Program-made: the position numbers and the translations under genes
Source: an uncultured Candidatus Bathyarchaeia archaeon
Lineage (GTDB): Archaea; Thermoproteota; Bathyarchaeia; Bathyarchaeales; Bathycorpusculaceae
Reading direction: 5' to 3'
Length of the DNA: 64,000 bases
NCBI GenBank assembly: GCA_964655395.1
Contig: CAZZMT010000108.1
Span: forward strand, 9,427-73,426
In this document: positions 1 to 9,080 of the stretch, piece after piece
Numbering within the stretch: position 1 is the first letter of the stretch
Layout of the letters: each line of letters starts with the position of its first letter
The notes under the pieces: generated by a model
What the model saw: the letters and a program-made list of their open reading frames with translations, nothing else
What the model was told of the DNA's origin: nothing
Database searches by the model: none

Positions 1-33
1 ATTTCCTAAATAAACCTTCCAAGCAACCACTGT

Positions 34-1233
34 TTAACGCTTCTTTCTACCAGTTTCTGTTAAGGGTAAGCCCATAATAAACATGGATTCGCCTAAAAGG
101 GATAATGAGAATAGTCCCCAAAAGAAGGAGCCAGTTACGTCTCGAAGATACCCAACAAGTGTCGGCATGAAGAAAGAGCCTAGATTTCCAAAGGACGTTA
201 TCAATCCAACGGCGCTTCCAACAAGGACACGTGTTTGCGGCAACTCCACAGGTATTGCGAGAACCAACGTTAAACCGCCTATAGTGCAAAAGCCGGCGAG
301 AAAAACGAAAAACCAAACAATTGGCTCTCGAAACGTTCCTGTGAAATAGATTGCGGGGCCTGCGACTAACCCCAAAAAGAGTATGAAGGGTTTTCTTAAC
401 CCAAACTTGTCGGAAAGCGCCCCAACAACGAAAGACGCGGCGAAAAAGCCCAGCGGCAACATTAAAGTTATAAATTCAACACTGTTTGATGCTGTCTCTT
501 CCACAAGTATGGATGGCAGCCATATAAACAAAGTGTCGTAGCATGCACAAGCAGAAAAATATAGTCCTGAAAGCAGCCAAACCTGCCTATTTCTAAATAA
601 CGCTGCGAGATCCTTTCCTAGGATATCGGAGTGCTCTTGTGAAGGTTGCTTCGAGCCGTAGCCCTCACCTAGTTTTCTCGAAAAAAACCACCATAACGCT
701 GTAAGAATTAAAGCCCAAGCTCCATAAACTTGGAAAACATTTCGCCAGCCGTTAAGGAGTTTTAAAAGTTGAGGGGTTCCGATAAGCGCGATTACGTCGC
801 CTATTGCGAAACCCGAAATTGAAACACCTATTGGGAAACTTGTTTTTTCACGTGGAAAAAGCAGAGCTGCAAGTTTGGGCAGACATGGCATGACGGCGGC
901 GAATCCCACTCCCATAAAAAACTGAAAGACCAGCAAACTCTCATAGTTGATGGCGAAACCCCTAAGGAAACCAAATAACCCCAAAAGGGTTAAAGCTAAA
1001 CCAGCTGACACTCTAACGCCCAGTTTGTCAATAACAAACCCCCAGGGAATCCGTAGCGCTGCGAGTGTTAAAAAGCTTATAGAGAAGACGAAGCCTGTTT
1101 CCGCATATGTTAGTTGCATTTCGAGGGCTATCAAATCTTTTAAAAGCGAATAGGCGAAAAGAAGTAGATGCATCGTTAGTGATGTCAAAAAAGCTAAAAC
1201 CAGCATAACCCATTGAAAACGGGTAAACACCAA
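34..1233 (-). CDS. MFS-type membrane transporter
   Basis: 399-aa ORF, hydrophobic throughout with multiple TM-like segments in two halves. It has an MFS-like basic loop after TM2 (GFVIDKLGVR). Confidence 0.8.
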   Translation of the reverse strand: MVFTRFQWVMLVLAFLTSLTMHLLLFAYSLLKDLIALEMQLTYAETGFVFSISFLTLAALRIPWGFVIDKLGVRVSAGLALTLLGLFGFLRGFAINYESLLVFQFFMGVGFAAVMPCLPKLAALLFPREKTSFPIGVSISGFAIGDVIALIGTPQLLKLLNGWRNVFQVYGAWALILTALWWFFSRKLGEGYGSKQPSQEHSDILGKDLAALFRNRQVWLLSGLYFSACACYDTLFIWLPSILVEETASNSVEFITLMLPLGFFAASFVVGALSDKFGLRKPFILFLGLVAGPAIYFTGTFREPIVWFFVFLAGFCTIGGLTLVLAIPVELPQTRVLVGSAVGLITSFGNLGSFFMPTLVGYLRDVTGSFFWGLFSLSLLGESMFIMGLPLTETGRKKR

Positions 1234-1264
1234 GCGCCTCCCAATTTAAAAGGGAGATTCCCCG

Positions 1265-1462
1265 TTATTCCGTTTTTGCAACTATTAGGAACAAGCCAAG
1301 CGCGAGAAGTATTATGCCTAAAAACCCAAATAAGCCCGTGTAAACGCCTAGGTTTTGGCTGCTTGTAAAAGTGAAGTATGTGGCTAAAGCTCCAACTATC
1401 AGAAGGAGTAGGCCAAAGAATTTTTCAGCCAGTGCCACTCCGAAACCGCCTTCTTCGCTCAT
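1265..1462 (-). CDS. small two-TM membrane protein (hypothetical)
   Basis: The ORF track gives 1265..1546, but that start overlaps the top6A 3' end. The internal ATG at 1462 (MSEEGGFGVALAEKFFGLLLLIVG...) yields a ~65-aa protein with two hydrophobic helices. Confidence 0.4.
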   Translation of the reverse strand: MSEEGGFGVALAEKFFGLLLLIVGALATYFTFTSSQNLGVYTGLFGFLGIILLALGLFLIVAKTE

Positions 1463-1529
1463 GCAGACATTCGCTCCTTTGAATGTTTTCTTTAATAGGC
1501 ATGGGAGGGTTATTTTAAATTTCTTGTTT

Positions 1530-2621
1530 TTATCGGGTTTCTTCAAGCTTCGCCGGAAGATACTCGTCTACAATGTATGTTAGGCCGTAGCGGCTGAAAG
1601 CCTCTTGTTCGGCTTTACGCCTAATCTTCATGAAGGTTTTTATCTCCCTCTGCCAGAGGGGGTCCTCCTTGTAGCGTGGGTCTTTCTGAAGTTCGTAAAG
1701 CCTTTTCATGTCGATTTCGTCCAGCGGATCTGTTGGCAGCTTGTATTTGACTATATCCGTCGCCCAAACACCGCTCCATTTGGCATCCGGCGTTGTCAAG
1801 TCCCTCAGGTGGGCGGCGTTAGCCGAGCCGGATATTATTACCATGGCTATGTGCATCCCCCATGGGTCGCCGTCGGTGAAAATGTAGACTGGCAAGCCTA
1901 GTTCGCGGTTCAGTCGCCTAATAAAGTGGCGGGTCGCCCTTGGCGCTTGTCCCGCCGTCAGCACTAGGATGGCGTTGAACTTTTTGTGCACGTTTTCCTC
2001 TATGAACCGGGTGAATAAGCCGCCTTTCTCTATGGCTATTACTTTGTCGGCTGATGTTTCCACAAACTCGGCTGAGGTTAAGGCTGGCCCAATCATGACG
2101 CCGTCCGGGTGCGATGTTAGGTTTAGTGTTTTGCCTTCGTATCCGGGAACTGTGTAGCGGATTGTTAGGTCGCCGAAGACGGCTGAGCGTTCTTCTGGGA
2201 AAATGTTGAAGTCTTCGCGGGAAAAGCCTAGAATGGTTTCTAGGTCGGTTATTATGTTGTTGGATTCCTGTTGGTCTTTGAAGGTCATTTCGTAGGCTTG
2301 TGCCGAATAGTAAACGTCTCTGAGGGTTGAGGTTTTGCGTTGGGATGTAAGCTCGTAGGAGAATAGGGCTGCCCAAACAAGTTGGGCGAAGGGTTTCAAG
2401 TGGCGGATGTTGCGGGTGCTCCGCTTAACCTTCTTGTCGCCAAGTATGAACTGGCGGAACTGTGGGTCATAGTAGATGTTTTCTGTGGAGCGGCTTGGCA
2501 TTTCTATGGATGGGAAAAACCCTTTATCCATCTGTTCGTAAATGCGAAGCCCAAAATTTCTGAGGTTTTCTAAAACTTCTTTCCGCCTCTCGGTTATGCT
2601 GCTATACTCCTTCAAATCCAA
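1530..2621 (-). CDS. top6A: DNA topoisomerase VI subunit A (Spo11-like)
   Basis: 363 aa with a Spo11/Top6A-like 5Y-CAP region (VYYSAQAYEM) and a Toprim region (FTDGDPWGMHI). It overlaps top6B by 20 nt, the usual B-A operon arrangement. Confidence 0.95.
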   Translation of the reverse strand: MDLKEYSSITERRKEVLENLRNFGLRIYEQMDKGFFPSIEMPSRSTENIYYDPQFRQFILGDKKVKRSTRNIRHLKPFAQLVWAALFSYELTSQRKTSTLRDVYYSAQAYEMTFKDQQESNNIITDLETILGFSREDFNIFPEERSAVFGDLTIRYTVPGYEGKTLNLTSHPDGVMIGPALTSAEFVETSADKVIAIEKGGLFTRFIEENVHKKFNAILVLTAGQAPRATRHFIRRLNRELGLPVYIFTDGDPWGMHIAMVIISGSANAAHLRDLTTPDAKWSGVWATDIVKYKLPTDPLDEIDMKRLYELQKDPRYKEDPLWQREIKTFMKIRRKAEQEAFSRYGLTYIVDEYLPAKLEETR

Positions 2622-4131
2622 ATCTTTTCACACTCCTTAAGAGCTTTTCAATGTCTGGAGGCTTCTCTTTGCCGGCCAGCTTAGTTGAAAACTCGGCTAT
2701 TCTGGGCAGGTACTTGCTGAAAACTCCAAGGCGTTTTCGCTCTCTGTCAACGTGTTCTCTCCGCGTTAAGTAGCGTTGAAGTTGCCGTGCAACCTCCCGC
2801 AGTCCGTTGGCTATTTCGCGGCGCACTTCAGGTCTGTCGGCGATGAATTCTTTGCCAACGGTTTTGTATGGAACCTTTGTGCTGCATATGTGCACTACTA
2901 TGGCGATGGGCATGTCTGGCGAAACCTTGTAGCGGCGCCAGTTCATGGCGTTTATAACCTTAACTGAAACGTCGCTGGCTTCGTCGTAAAGCAGCGGTAT
3001 TCTGTTGGCGAAACGGTAGATTATGAAGCCGCCCCGCTGGGGGATTTCCCCGCCGTAGGCTATTGCAACTTCAACAATGAATGGGTGCCCCGCATAGGTG
3101 GCTGGTTTCCGCTGGTGAACCGCCACAAACTCCGGCTTCAACTCTTTCAGAACACCGGTTTTAAGCAGTTCCTCTCCAAGCGGCGAAAGACAGCTGGCGT
3201 CCGGAGGCAGAAAATCCTTAAACCTTTTAAGCATCTGCACCAGTCTAACGACTTCTTCGTGGGAGAGCTTCTTCGGGTTTTTGGATGGGCTTACTCCGCT
3301 GAATTCAAGGAACTTTTTTGCTGTGATTTCGCCGACCCGGTGGAAGTGGTTCTTCAAAAACTCAAGCATGTTGTTGTAGGGCGTTACTTGTATTAGGCGT
3401 TGGAGAAGTTCCACGTCAACGCCGTATGGGTGGGGCAGCGTCTCCTTCGGAGGGTCTGGCATAACTGTGGTTGCCCTTACAAACTTGTATAGTCTGCCTT
3501 TGGGATCTACGAAGGTTATGTTGGCGTATGGGTTCACTATGGCTGTCTGCTTAAAATACTCTAGGATCTTCGGCATAGCCCTCAAATAGTCGCCTTCAAG
3601 GCTGAACTCGACGACGGTGCCTCGCCAACCCTCCTTGTTCAATAACACTTTGCGATCGAGGATTATGGGACGGTTCCGCTGTATGTCAATCATAAGCTTA
3701 TACATGAAAATCTTGGAGGATGGGCTTGTACTGGAAATAATAGTGGCGGGCTGGTGGGTTGTTATCTGCCCATAGAGAATAGCCATCTTACCGCCTAAGC
3801 CAAAAGTGCCCCTCTGCTGTTTCAGTTTGTATTTTGAACCGTAAAGCACTTGACCAAAAGCTGAAGGGATGTGGCGTGGCGGAATGCCGCAACCGTTGTC
3901 TTCAACCCTTAACTTGTAGATTTGGGTTTCTTCGCTGGCTTCTCCCTCAAAGGAGAGTCTCACATAAATGTCCGGCGGCGTTTTTATGCTTTCAGCCGCG
4001 TCCAGCGAGTTTTCCACAAGCTCTCTTATGGCGGCGAAAATCGCCCTTGTAGGGTTGGTGAACCCAGCTATGTCGCGGTTCCGATAGAAAAAGTCTGAAG
4101 CGCTTATCTCTTCGAAGGTTACCTGCGCCAC
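2602..4131 (-). CDS. top6B: DNA topoisomerase VI subunit B (GHKL ATPase)
   Basis: 509 aa. Bergerat-fold motifs are present: RELVENSLDA, DNGCGI and GTFGLGGK. GTG start at 4131 is preceded by GGAGG. Confidence 0.95.
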   Translation of the reverse strand: MAQVTFEEISASDFFYRNRDIAGFTNPTRAIFAAIRELVENSLDAAESIKTPPDIYVRLSFEGEASEETQIYKLRVEDNGCGIPPRHIPSAFGQVLYGSKYKLKQQRGTFGLGGKMAILYGQITTHQPATIISSTSPSSKIFMYKLMIDIQRNRPIILDRKVLLNKEGWRGTVVEFSLEGDYLRAMPKILEYFKQTAIVNPYANITFVDPKGRLYKFVRATTVMPDPPKETLPHPYGVDVELLQRLIQVTPYNNMLEFLKNHFHRVGEITAKKFLEFSGVSPSKNPKKLSHEEVVRLVQMLKRFKDFLPPDASCLSPLGEELLKTGVLKELKPEFVAVHQRKPATYAGHPFIVEVAIAYGGEIPQRGGFIIYRFANRIPLLYDEASDVSVKVINAMNWRRYKVSPDMPIAIVVHICSTKVPYKTVGKEFIADRPEVRREIANGLREVARQLQRYLTRREHVDRERKRLGVFSKYLPRIAEFSTKLAGKEKPPDIEKLLRSVKRFGFEGV

Positions 4132-4226
4132 CTAAGCCTCCACCAGCACCTCTCTATGAGAGTTCACCCTTTAACCTATGCACGGCATACACATTAATTT
4201 AACTATGCAGTTCGGCTAAAACCCAT

Positions 4227-4658
4227 TCATTTTTTGAAAGGACTTGGCAAAAGATCCCTAAGCCTATTTACCTTAACCGTTTCAAAGAGAATTTTGCCAT
4301 CCCCAACTTTTGCCGTGACAATTTTAATTTCGGAGTTTTCAGCAAAATCCGAAAATATATTGGAGGTATGCACCGCAAGGCTTTATTTCGCTTTTATCCT
4401 CGGCATCCACAACCACAGCTATTTCCCTAATTTTCTTGTTTCCGTGCAGAACTGCATGTTGTATGGCGCATCTTTCAGCGCATACGCCTAGCCCAGAAAT
4501 CCAGCTTTCCACGTTGCACCCGCCATATATTTTACCGTCTCCAGCTAGGACTGCAGCACCGACGCCGAAGCCCCACAGCACATAAGCGTTTTTAAGGCTT
4601 TAGCTGCTTCCGCCAACAACCGCCTTTCCAGTTCTCCAATTTCGCCTTTTCCGCTCAT
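4227..4658 (-). pseudogene. cdd: cytidine deaminase, disrupted (two frameshifts, zinc-ligand Cys lost)
   Basis: Three pieces together reconstruct a full homotetrameric-type CDA. They are an N-terminal piece from ATG 4658 (MSGKGEIGELERRLLAEAAKALK), a middle piece 4339..4596 in another frame (NAYVLWGFGVGAAVL...CAERCA...PCGAYLQYI), and a C-terminal piece back in the first frame (SDFAENSEIKIVTAKVGDGKILFETVKVNRLRDLLPSPFKK, stop 4227). See finding. Confidence 0.7.
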
Positions 4659-6460
4659 CAGTCTTCCTCTGTTATGCCTGTGGCGCGCACATAATAATAT
4701 TCGCCTATCTCTTTCTGATACTTGTCCAATTTTGAGCCTTCCTTGTTCACGCGGGGTCTCTTTGTTATGGGGTCTCTTCTGAAGGTTACATTCATCTCCT
4801 TTAGAAAAGCGTTCATGCCGTCCCTTAGGCTTGTGGGTGGGTTTGCAAAGCCTTTCACGCCAGGTTCACCCGTGAAAACCATGAGGCGGTCTGCAATAAA
4901 GTCTTGGGCAACCACGTCGTGTTCCACCACGAAGGCTGTGGCGTTGCGGGCTTCAACGACTCGGCGGATTGTGCGTGCCATGTTAAGCCTCTCCTCCACG
5001 TCTAGGTAGGCGCTTGGCTCGTCTAGGAGGTAGAGGTCCGCCTTTTTGGAGAGGCATGCGGCTATGGCTGTTTTCTGCAGTTCGCCGCCGCTTAGTTCAG
5101 CAACGTTTCTGTCGAGAAGCTTTTCCAGCCCCAGCGGATGGAGAATTTCAACCTTGTACCAGCTTGACGTGAACTCTTCTTTGGCTATGCTCATTAAAAG
5201 CTCCTGCACCGTGCCTTGATATTCCGCCGAAATGTACTGGGGCTTGTAGCTTACTTCCAACTGCTTGAACTCCCGTCCATCATCGGTTTTCTCAAGACCC
5301 GCCAAAATCTTAACGAAGGTTGTTTTTCCAATACCGTTTGGTCCAAGAATTCCTATGATTTCGCCTTTCCTAATTTCGCCGGGATAAGCCATAAGCTTAA
5401 AACCTTCATAGGTTTTCTCAAGCATATCCCATCTCAGCAGTGTTTCGCCGCCGCCAAAACCAACGGTGGGCGGTTTCTCGTGGAAGATTATGGCTTCTTT
5501 TCTGAAGCGTACATTCTCGTCGGGAATATAGCCCTGCAAGTAAATGTTTATGCCTGTTCTCACACCGTGCACGTGGGAAACTATGCCGTAAACACCAGGC
5601 TCGCCGTAAAATATGCATATCTGGTCTGAAAGATAATCTATGATGGCAAGGTCGTGTTCCGCTACGATAACGGTTTTCTCCTCTTTCTTAAGGGTTCTTA
5701 TGGCTCGGGCGGCCTCAAGCCTTTGTTTTACGTCTAAATAGCTTGAAGGCTCGTCGAAAAGGTATACGTCGGCTTCGCGGCAGATAGCTGCAGCTATGGC
5801 GACTCTTTGAAGTTCTCCGCCGCTGAGAGCGTCTAATGGACGGTTCCAAATCTTTTTTAGGTCTAACTGTTCAGCGACAACGTTCAGAACATTGCCCCTC
5901 TCGTTTACTTTTTCAAGGATTTCGCCAACCCTGCCGGACACAACCCTTGGTATTTTGTCCACGTATTGGGGTTTATGCACAACTTTGAGTTTGCCATCGC
6001 TCATTTTCTGGAAATATTCCTGCAAGGTTGAGCCTCTAAAATAGCGGATTATCTCGCTCCAGTCTGGCGGATTTTCATAATTGCCAAGGTTCAGTTTAAT
6101 CTCGCCTGAAAGAACCTTTAGGGTTGTTGTCTTTCCAATTCCATTCTTGCCAAGCAAACCCAGCACTGAGCCGGGTGAAGGCGTCGGCAACCTATAAAGC
6201 TTAAAAGTGTTTGGTCCAAAACGGTGGGTGCAATCCTTTTCCAGCTCGTCTGGCAAATTGACTATAGATATGGCGTTGAAGGGGCACTTTTTGACGCAGA
6301 TTCCGCAGCCCGAACACAAAGCCTCCACTATCAATGGTTTTGTATCTTCGAAGCGGATGGCTTCCACGTGGCTTCTAACCATCGGGCAGAAGCGGTGACA
6401 TTGTTTACCGCAACGTTTAGGCTTGCATTTATCCGCGTCGAGCACCGCAACCCGCGTCAT
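4658..6460 (-). CDS. abcE1: ABCE1 / RNase L inhibitor-type ribosome recycling ATPase
   Basis: 600 aa. N-terminal double 4Fe-4S domain (CKPKRCGKQCHRFCP, CSGCGICVKKCP) followed by two ABC cassettes (GKNGIGKTT, GPNGIGKTT, two LSGGELQ signatures). Confidence 0.95.
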   Translation of the reverse strand: MTRVAVLDADKCKPKRCGKQCHRFCPMVRSHVEAIRFEDTKPLIVEALCSGCGICVKKCPFNAISIVNLPDELEKDCTHRFGPNTFKLYRLPTPSPGSVLGLLGKNGIGKTTTLKVLSGEIKLNLGNYENPPDWSEIIRYFRGSTLQEYFQKMSDGKLKVVHKPQYVDKIPRVVSGRVGEILEKVNERGNVLNVVAEQLDLKKIWNRPLDALSGGELQRVAIAAAICREADVYLFDEPSSYLDVKQRLEAARAIRTLKKEEKTVIVAEHDLAIIDYLSDQICIFYGEPGVYGIVSHVHGVRTGINIYLQGYIPDENVRFRKEAIIFHEKPPTVGFGGGETLLRWDMLEKTYEGFKLMAYPGEIRKGEIIGILGPNGIGKTTFVKILAGLEKTDDGREFKQLEVSYKPQYISAEYQGTVQELLMSIAKEEFTSSWYKVEILHPLGLEKLLDRNVAELSGGELQKTAIAACLSKKADLYLLDEPSAYLDVEERLNMARTIRRVVEARNATAFVVEHDVVAQDFIADRLMVFTGEPGVKGFANPPTSLRDGMNAFLKEMNVTFRRDPITKRPRVNKEGSKLDKYQKEIGEYYYVRATGITEED

Positions 6461-6583
6461 GGCTTACCAACAACTATTGGCTTTTCATCCATAAATTGTT
6501 GAGCTTTAAATCAGAAAGGGCATGGTGCTAAAAACTTTTCGGAGAACAAAGAAATTAGGGGAAAATCCTTCACTGTTTGGTTT

Positions 6584-6658
6584 TTACCATTCCTCCTCTT
6601 CCCACTCTTCTTCTTCCCAGTCTTCCTCTTCCCATTCCTCTTCCTCTTCGAACACCAT
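6584..6658 (-). CDS. 24-aa hyper-acidic Trp-repeat micro-ORF (MVFEEEEEWEEEDWEEEEWEEEEW)
   Basis: ATG at 6658 lies 10 nt downstream of the GGAGG core of GGAGGTGA. TAA stop at 6584-6586. TTTAA-type boxes lie upstream and an oligo-T tract (CCGAAAAGTTTTTAGC on the minus strand) lies downstream. It is below the ORF-track size cutoff. Confidence 0.4.
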   Translation of the reverse strand: MVFEEEEEWEEEDWEEEEWEEEEW

Positions 6659-6777
6659 TATTTTTCACCTCCAAGGCTGGGTTAAGCATATGGAGAGCTT
6701 TACAAGAACATCTTAAACATTTTCATTCGACAAGAGTCGAGAATACGACTTGAAGACCGGGCTTAGCTTTTAAATTT

Positions 6778-7734
6778 TTACCTCAAAATCTTTGCCGTTA
6801 AGGAGGCTTCAGGTTCCCGCATTTCAGGCGTTAGGTATGCCCAGCACAAGTGTTTAGAGTTGTGGGCTGCCCCGATCTCGCCTTTTATGTTTACTGCTAT
6901 CAGGCCCATGGCGTTGTATGTTCCAGCCATCCGCTCATTAACAAGCCTTATAGCGGCTTCAACAGCCTCTTGAGCTGATTTGCCACTTTCCATGAAATTG
7001 CAAACGGTTTTCGCCAAACAAAGCCTTATGGCAATTTCGCCAACACCGGTGGCTGAACACGCCCCGCTTCGGTTGTCGGCATAAGTGCCACAGCCAATCA
7101 ACGACGAGTCACCTATTCTACCCGGCATTTTTAGCGGAAAACCGCCTGTAGAGGTGGCTGCTGCCACGTTTCCATCTTTGTCCAAGGCAACGGCGCCAAC
7201 TGTTTCCAAGTCGAAAAGCTCCGGATGCTCTTTAACGAGGCTTGCAAGTTTTGGCAGCTCAAACTTTCCTTCAAGCAAGGCTTGTTTTTGTTGTTCGTAA
7301 TATTTCAGGCGAAGTTCAGTTATCGGGTTTCTCCTTTCAAGATTGAAAAGCTTGGCGAGTTTTTCTGCGCCTTCCCCCACTACAAAAACGTGGTCCGTAT
7401 GCTCCATCACAATCCTTGCAAGGCGAACAGGGTTTCGAATGTCCCTTAGAAGCCCGGCAGCTCCAGCCTTTAAGGTTTTGCCTTCCATGACCGAAGCTTC
7501 CATCTCCACGGTTTTTTCTATGGTTAATGCTGAGCCATAACCAGCGTTGAAAGCTCCCGTGTCTTCTAAAACGGCAACTGCCTCAACTACAGCGTCAAGG
7601 GCGCTGCCGCCTCTAATCATAACCTCAAAACCGGTTTTAGCAGCCTTCTTGACGCCCTCGATTCCGGGATTAACCCGCTCCGGATGCCAGTTTCCAGCAC
7701 CGCCATGGACAACGATTACGGGCTTCCGAGCCAC
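6778..7734 (-). CDS. isoaspartyl peptidase / L-asparaginase (Ntn hydrolase, plant-type asparaginase family)
   Basis: 318 aa with VVHGGAG at the N-terminus, the autoprocessing site region ETVGAVALD, and STGG and GxGE motifs typical of this family. Confidence 0.9.
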   Translation of the reverse strand: MARKPVIVVHGGAGNWHPERVNPGIEGVKKAAKTGFEVMIRGGSALDAVVEAVAVLEDTGAFNAGYGSALTIEKTVEMEASVMEGKTLKAGAAGLLRDIRNPVRLARIVMEHTDHVFVVGEGAEKLAKLFNLERRNPITELRLKYYEQQKQALLEGKFELPKLASLVKEHPELFDLETVGAVALDKDGNVAAATSTGGFPLKMPGRIGDSSLIGCGTYADNRSGACSATGVGEIAIRLCLAKTVCNFMESGKSAQEAVEAAIRLVNERMAGTYNAMGLIAVNIKGEIGAAHNSKHLCWAYLTPEMREPEASLTAKILR

Positions 7735-7983
7735 GATCTCCCCTCGCTTTAACCAGCAACCAAACCGAAGACAATAGAATCCCTTGTTCCTAAATTTAAG
7801 CCTAATGTTAAGGAGGCGCTTAGACGGTATAGTTTAAGCTTGGTTTTTATGATAACTCTTAAATTTGTTGAGATGGCTATACATCATGGGATGATGTGAG
7901 GCGACGGCGGGGAGCTTCTAAAGGCTGTGAAAGCCGACTAACCTGCACTGACCACTTCCATGCTTAGTCGGAAGGGGTGCTGC

Positions 7984-8508
7984 ATGATCAGGGACTTTAA
8001 CCTTTTGGCTACAACTTCTCGAGGCAACGAGGATGAGGCTTGTTCTGAACTTTGGTACTTGTTAAGCGAGATCGGCGACTCTGCGCCTTTAGTGGATAAG
8101 ACCGGAGTGGCTGGTTTGATTGCGGCTAAAACTGCTTTTAACCCTTTTGAGGTTATTGAAAAATTTAGGCAGATTCTCCGTGAAAGACCCTACGAGTTCC
8201 GCTACATTTTGCGGGTGATCCCCATCGAAAAGGTTGTGCGCACAGATCTAGGGGAAATCCAGCGGGCAGCCACAGAGCTGAGCGCCAAAATCGCCCCGAA
8301 TGAATGTTACCGCATAACTGTTGAAAAACGTTTCACTGAAACATCCACAAAAGACATTATTGAGGCTGCCGCCGCCAACATTGAAAGGAAGGTCAACCTA
8401 AACAACCCAGACAAAATCCTTCTAATCGAGGTTATAGGCGGCTTAACCGGGCTTGCAGTGATCAAGCCCACCGACATCTTGTCAGTAGTGAAAGAAAAAG
8501 TTTTGTAG
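7984..8508 (+). CDS. THUMP domain-containing protein
   Basis: Archaeal stand-alone THUMP-like sequence (NLLATTSRGNEDEA...YRITVEKR...). I prefer the ATG at 7984, which is preceded by GGGGTG, over the track start at 7960. Confidence 0.7.
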   Translation: MIRDFNLLATTSRGNEDEACSELWYLLSEIGDSAPLVDKTGVAGLIAAKTAFNPFEVIEKFRQILRERPYEFRYILRVIPIEKVVRTDLGEIQRAATELSAKIAPNECYRITVEKRFTETSTKDIIEAAAANIERKVNLNNPDKILLIEVIGGLTGLAVIKPTDILSVVKEKVL

Positions 8509-8513
8509 ACGTT

Positions 8514-9080
8514 TCAGCGTTCAGTTGCCAAAAGCGCCACCCGCTCAATCACAAGGTCTGTTATGGCTTCCTCCAAGGTTTTGCCGTCCGCTACCGCTTC
8601 GATTTCAGCGTCCGAAATTTCGAAAACCCTTCGCACCTTCGCAATTTTTTCCGGCGTAAGCTCCAAAACCTTGTCGTCGCGTTTTCCACCAACAACCATT
8701 AAAACATTATCCAGCGTGGACTCCACACCATTTCGGTTTTCACCCACAACAACCACGGCGACTTCGCAGGTGTTCTGCTTTATTCCAAGTATGTTCATGG
8801 CTTTGTGGATTTGCCGTTGCGCAGAAGCGTAAAGAAGCATTTCCATGGCCAGGTTTTTCGAAATGTTTTCGCCGTTTTTGAAGGCCTTTAGGGCATTTAA
8901 AACCGCAAAATACAAGTGTTGCCACGAAGCCACCAAACCAGCGTCGAAAAACTGGATTTCGCAGTTCTCCGCCGCGGCATTTTTCGCCTTTTCTAAAAAT
9001 GCTTCAACATTCTCTATTCGTTGGGTTCTAAAACCAGCTATTGCAATATATTTTCCAAACTCTTGAACGTGCTTCAGCAA
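8514..9080 (-). CDS. cgi121: KEOPS complex subunit Cgi121
   Basis: 188 aa. The conserved Cgi121 core is present: IQFFDAGLVASWQHLYFAVLNALKAF...NLAMEMLLYASAQRQIHKAMNILGI. Confidence 0.75.
   Translation of the reverse strand: MLKHVQEFGKYIAIAGFRTQRIENVEAFLEKAKNAAAENCEIQFFDAGLVASWQHLYFAVLNALKAFKNGENISKNLAMEMLLYASAQRQIHKAMNILGIKQNTCEVAVVVVGENRNGVESTLDNVLMVVGGKRDDKVLELTPEKIAKVRRVFEISDAEIEAVADGKTLEEAITDLVIERVALLATER

Noticed and set aside
6522-6716. 64-aa plus-strand ORF rich in Ser/His (HSSSSHSSSSQSSSS...)
   Set aside because: It is the antisense reading of the GAA/GAG/TGG repeat of the minus-strand micro-ORF. It has no SD and is low complexity. The minus-strand reading has a strong SD and clean start and stop.
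7884-7961. Possible C/D box sRNA (AUGAUGU ... CUGA with flanking CATGG/CCATG complementarity) upstream of the THUMP gene
   Set aside because: The C box is imperfect (final A replaced by U). No convincing D'/C' boxes are present. The guide spacing (about 16 nt) and the 6-nt gap between the D box and the terminal stem do not fit archaeal C/D sRNAs. It cannot be confirmed without a covariance or snoscan-type search.
7934-7971. 8-bp inverted repeat CCGACTAA-N22-TTAGTCGG spanning the track start codon of the THUMP ORF
   Set aside because: It is real in the sequence, but it is short with a large loop and no supporting context. It might be a leader hairpin or an operator, with nothing to discriminate between them.
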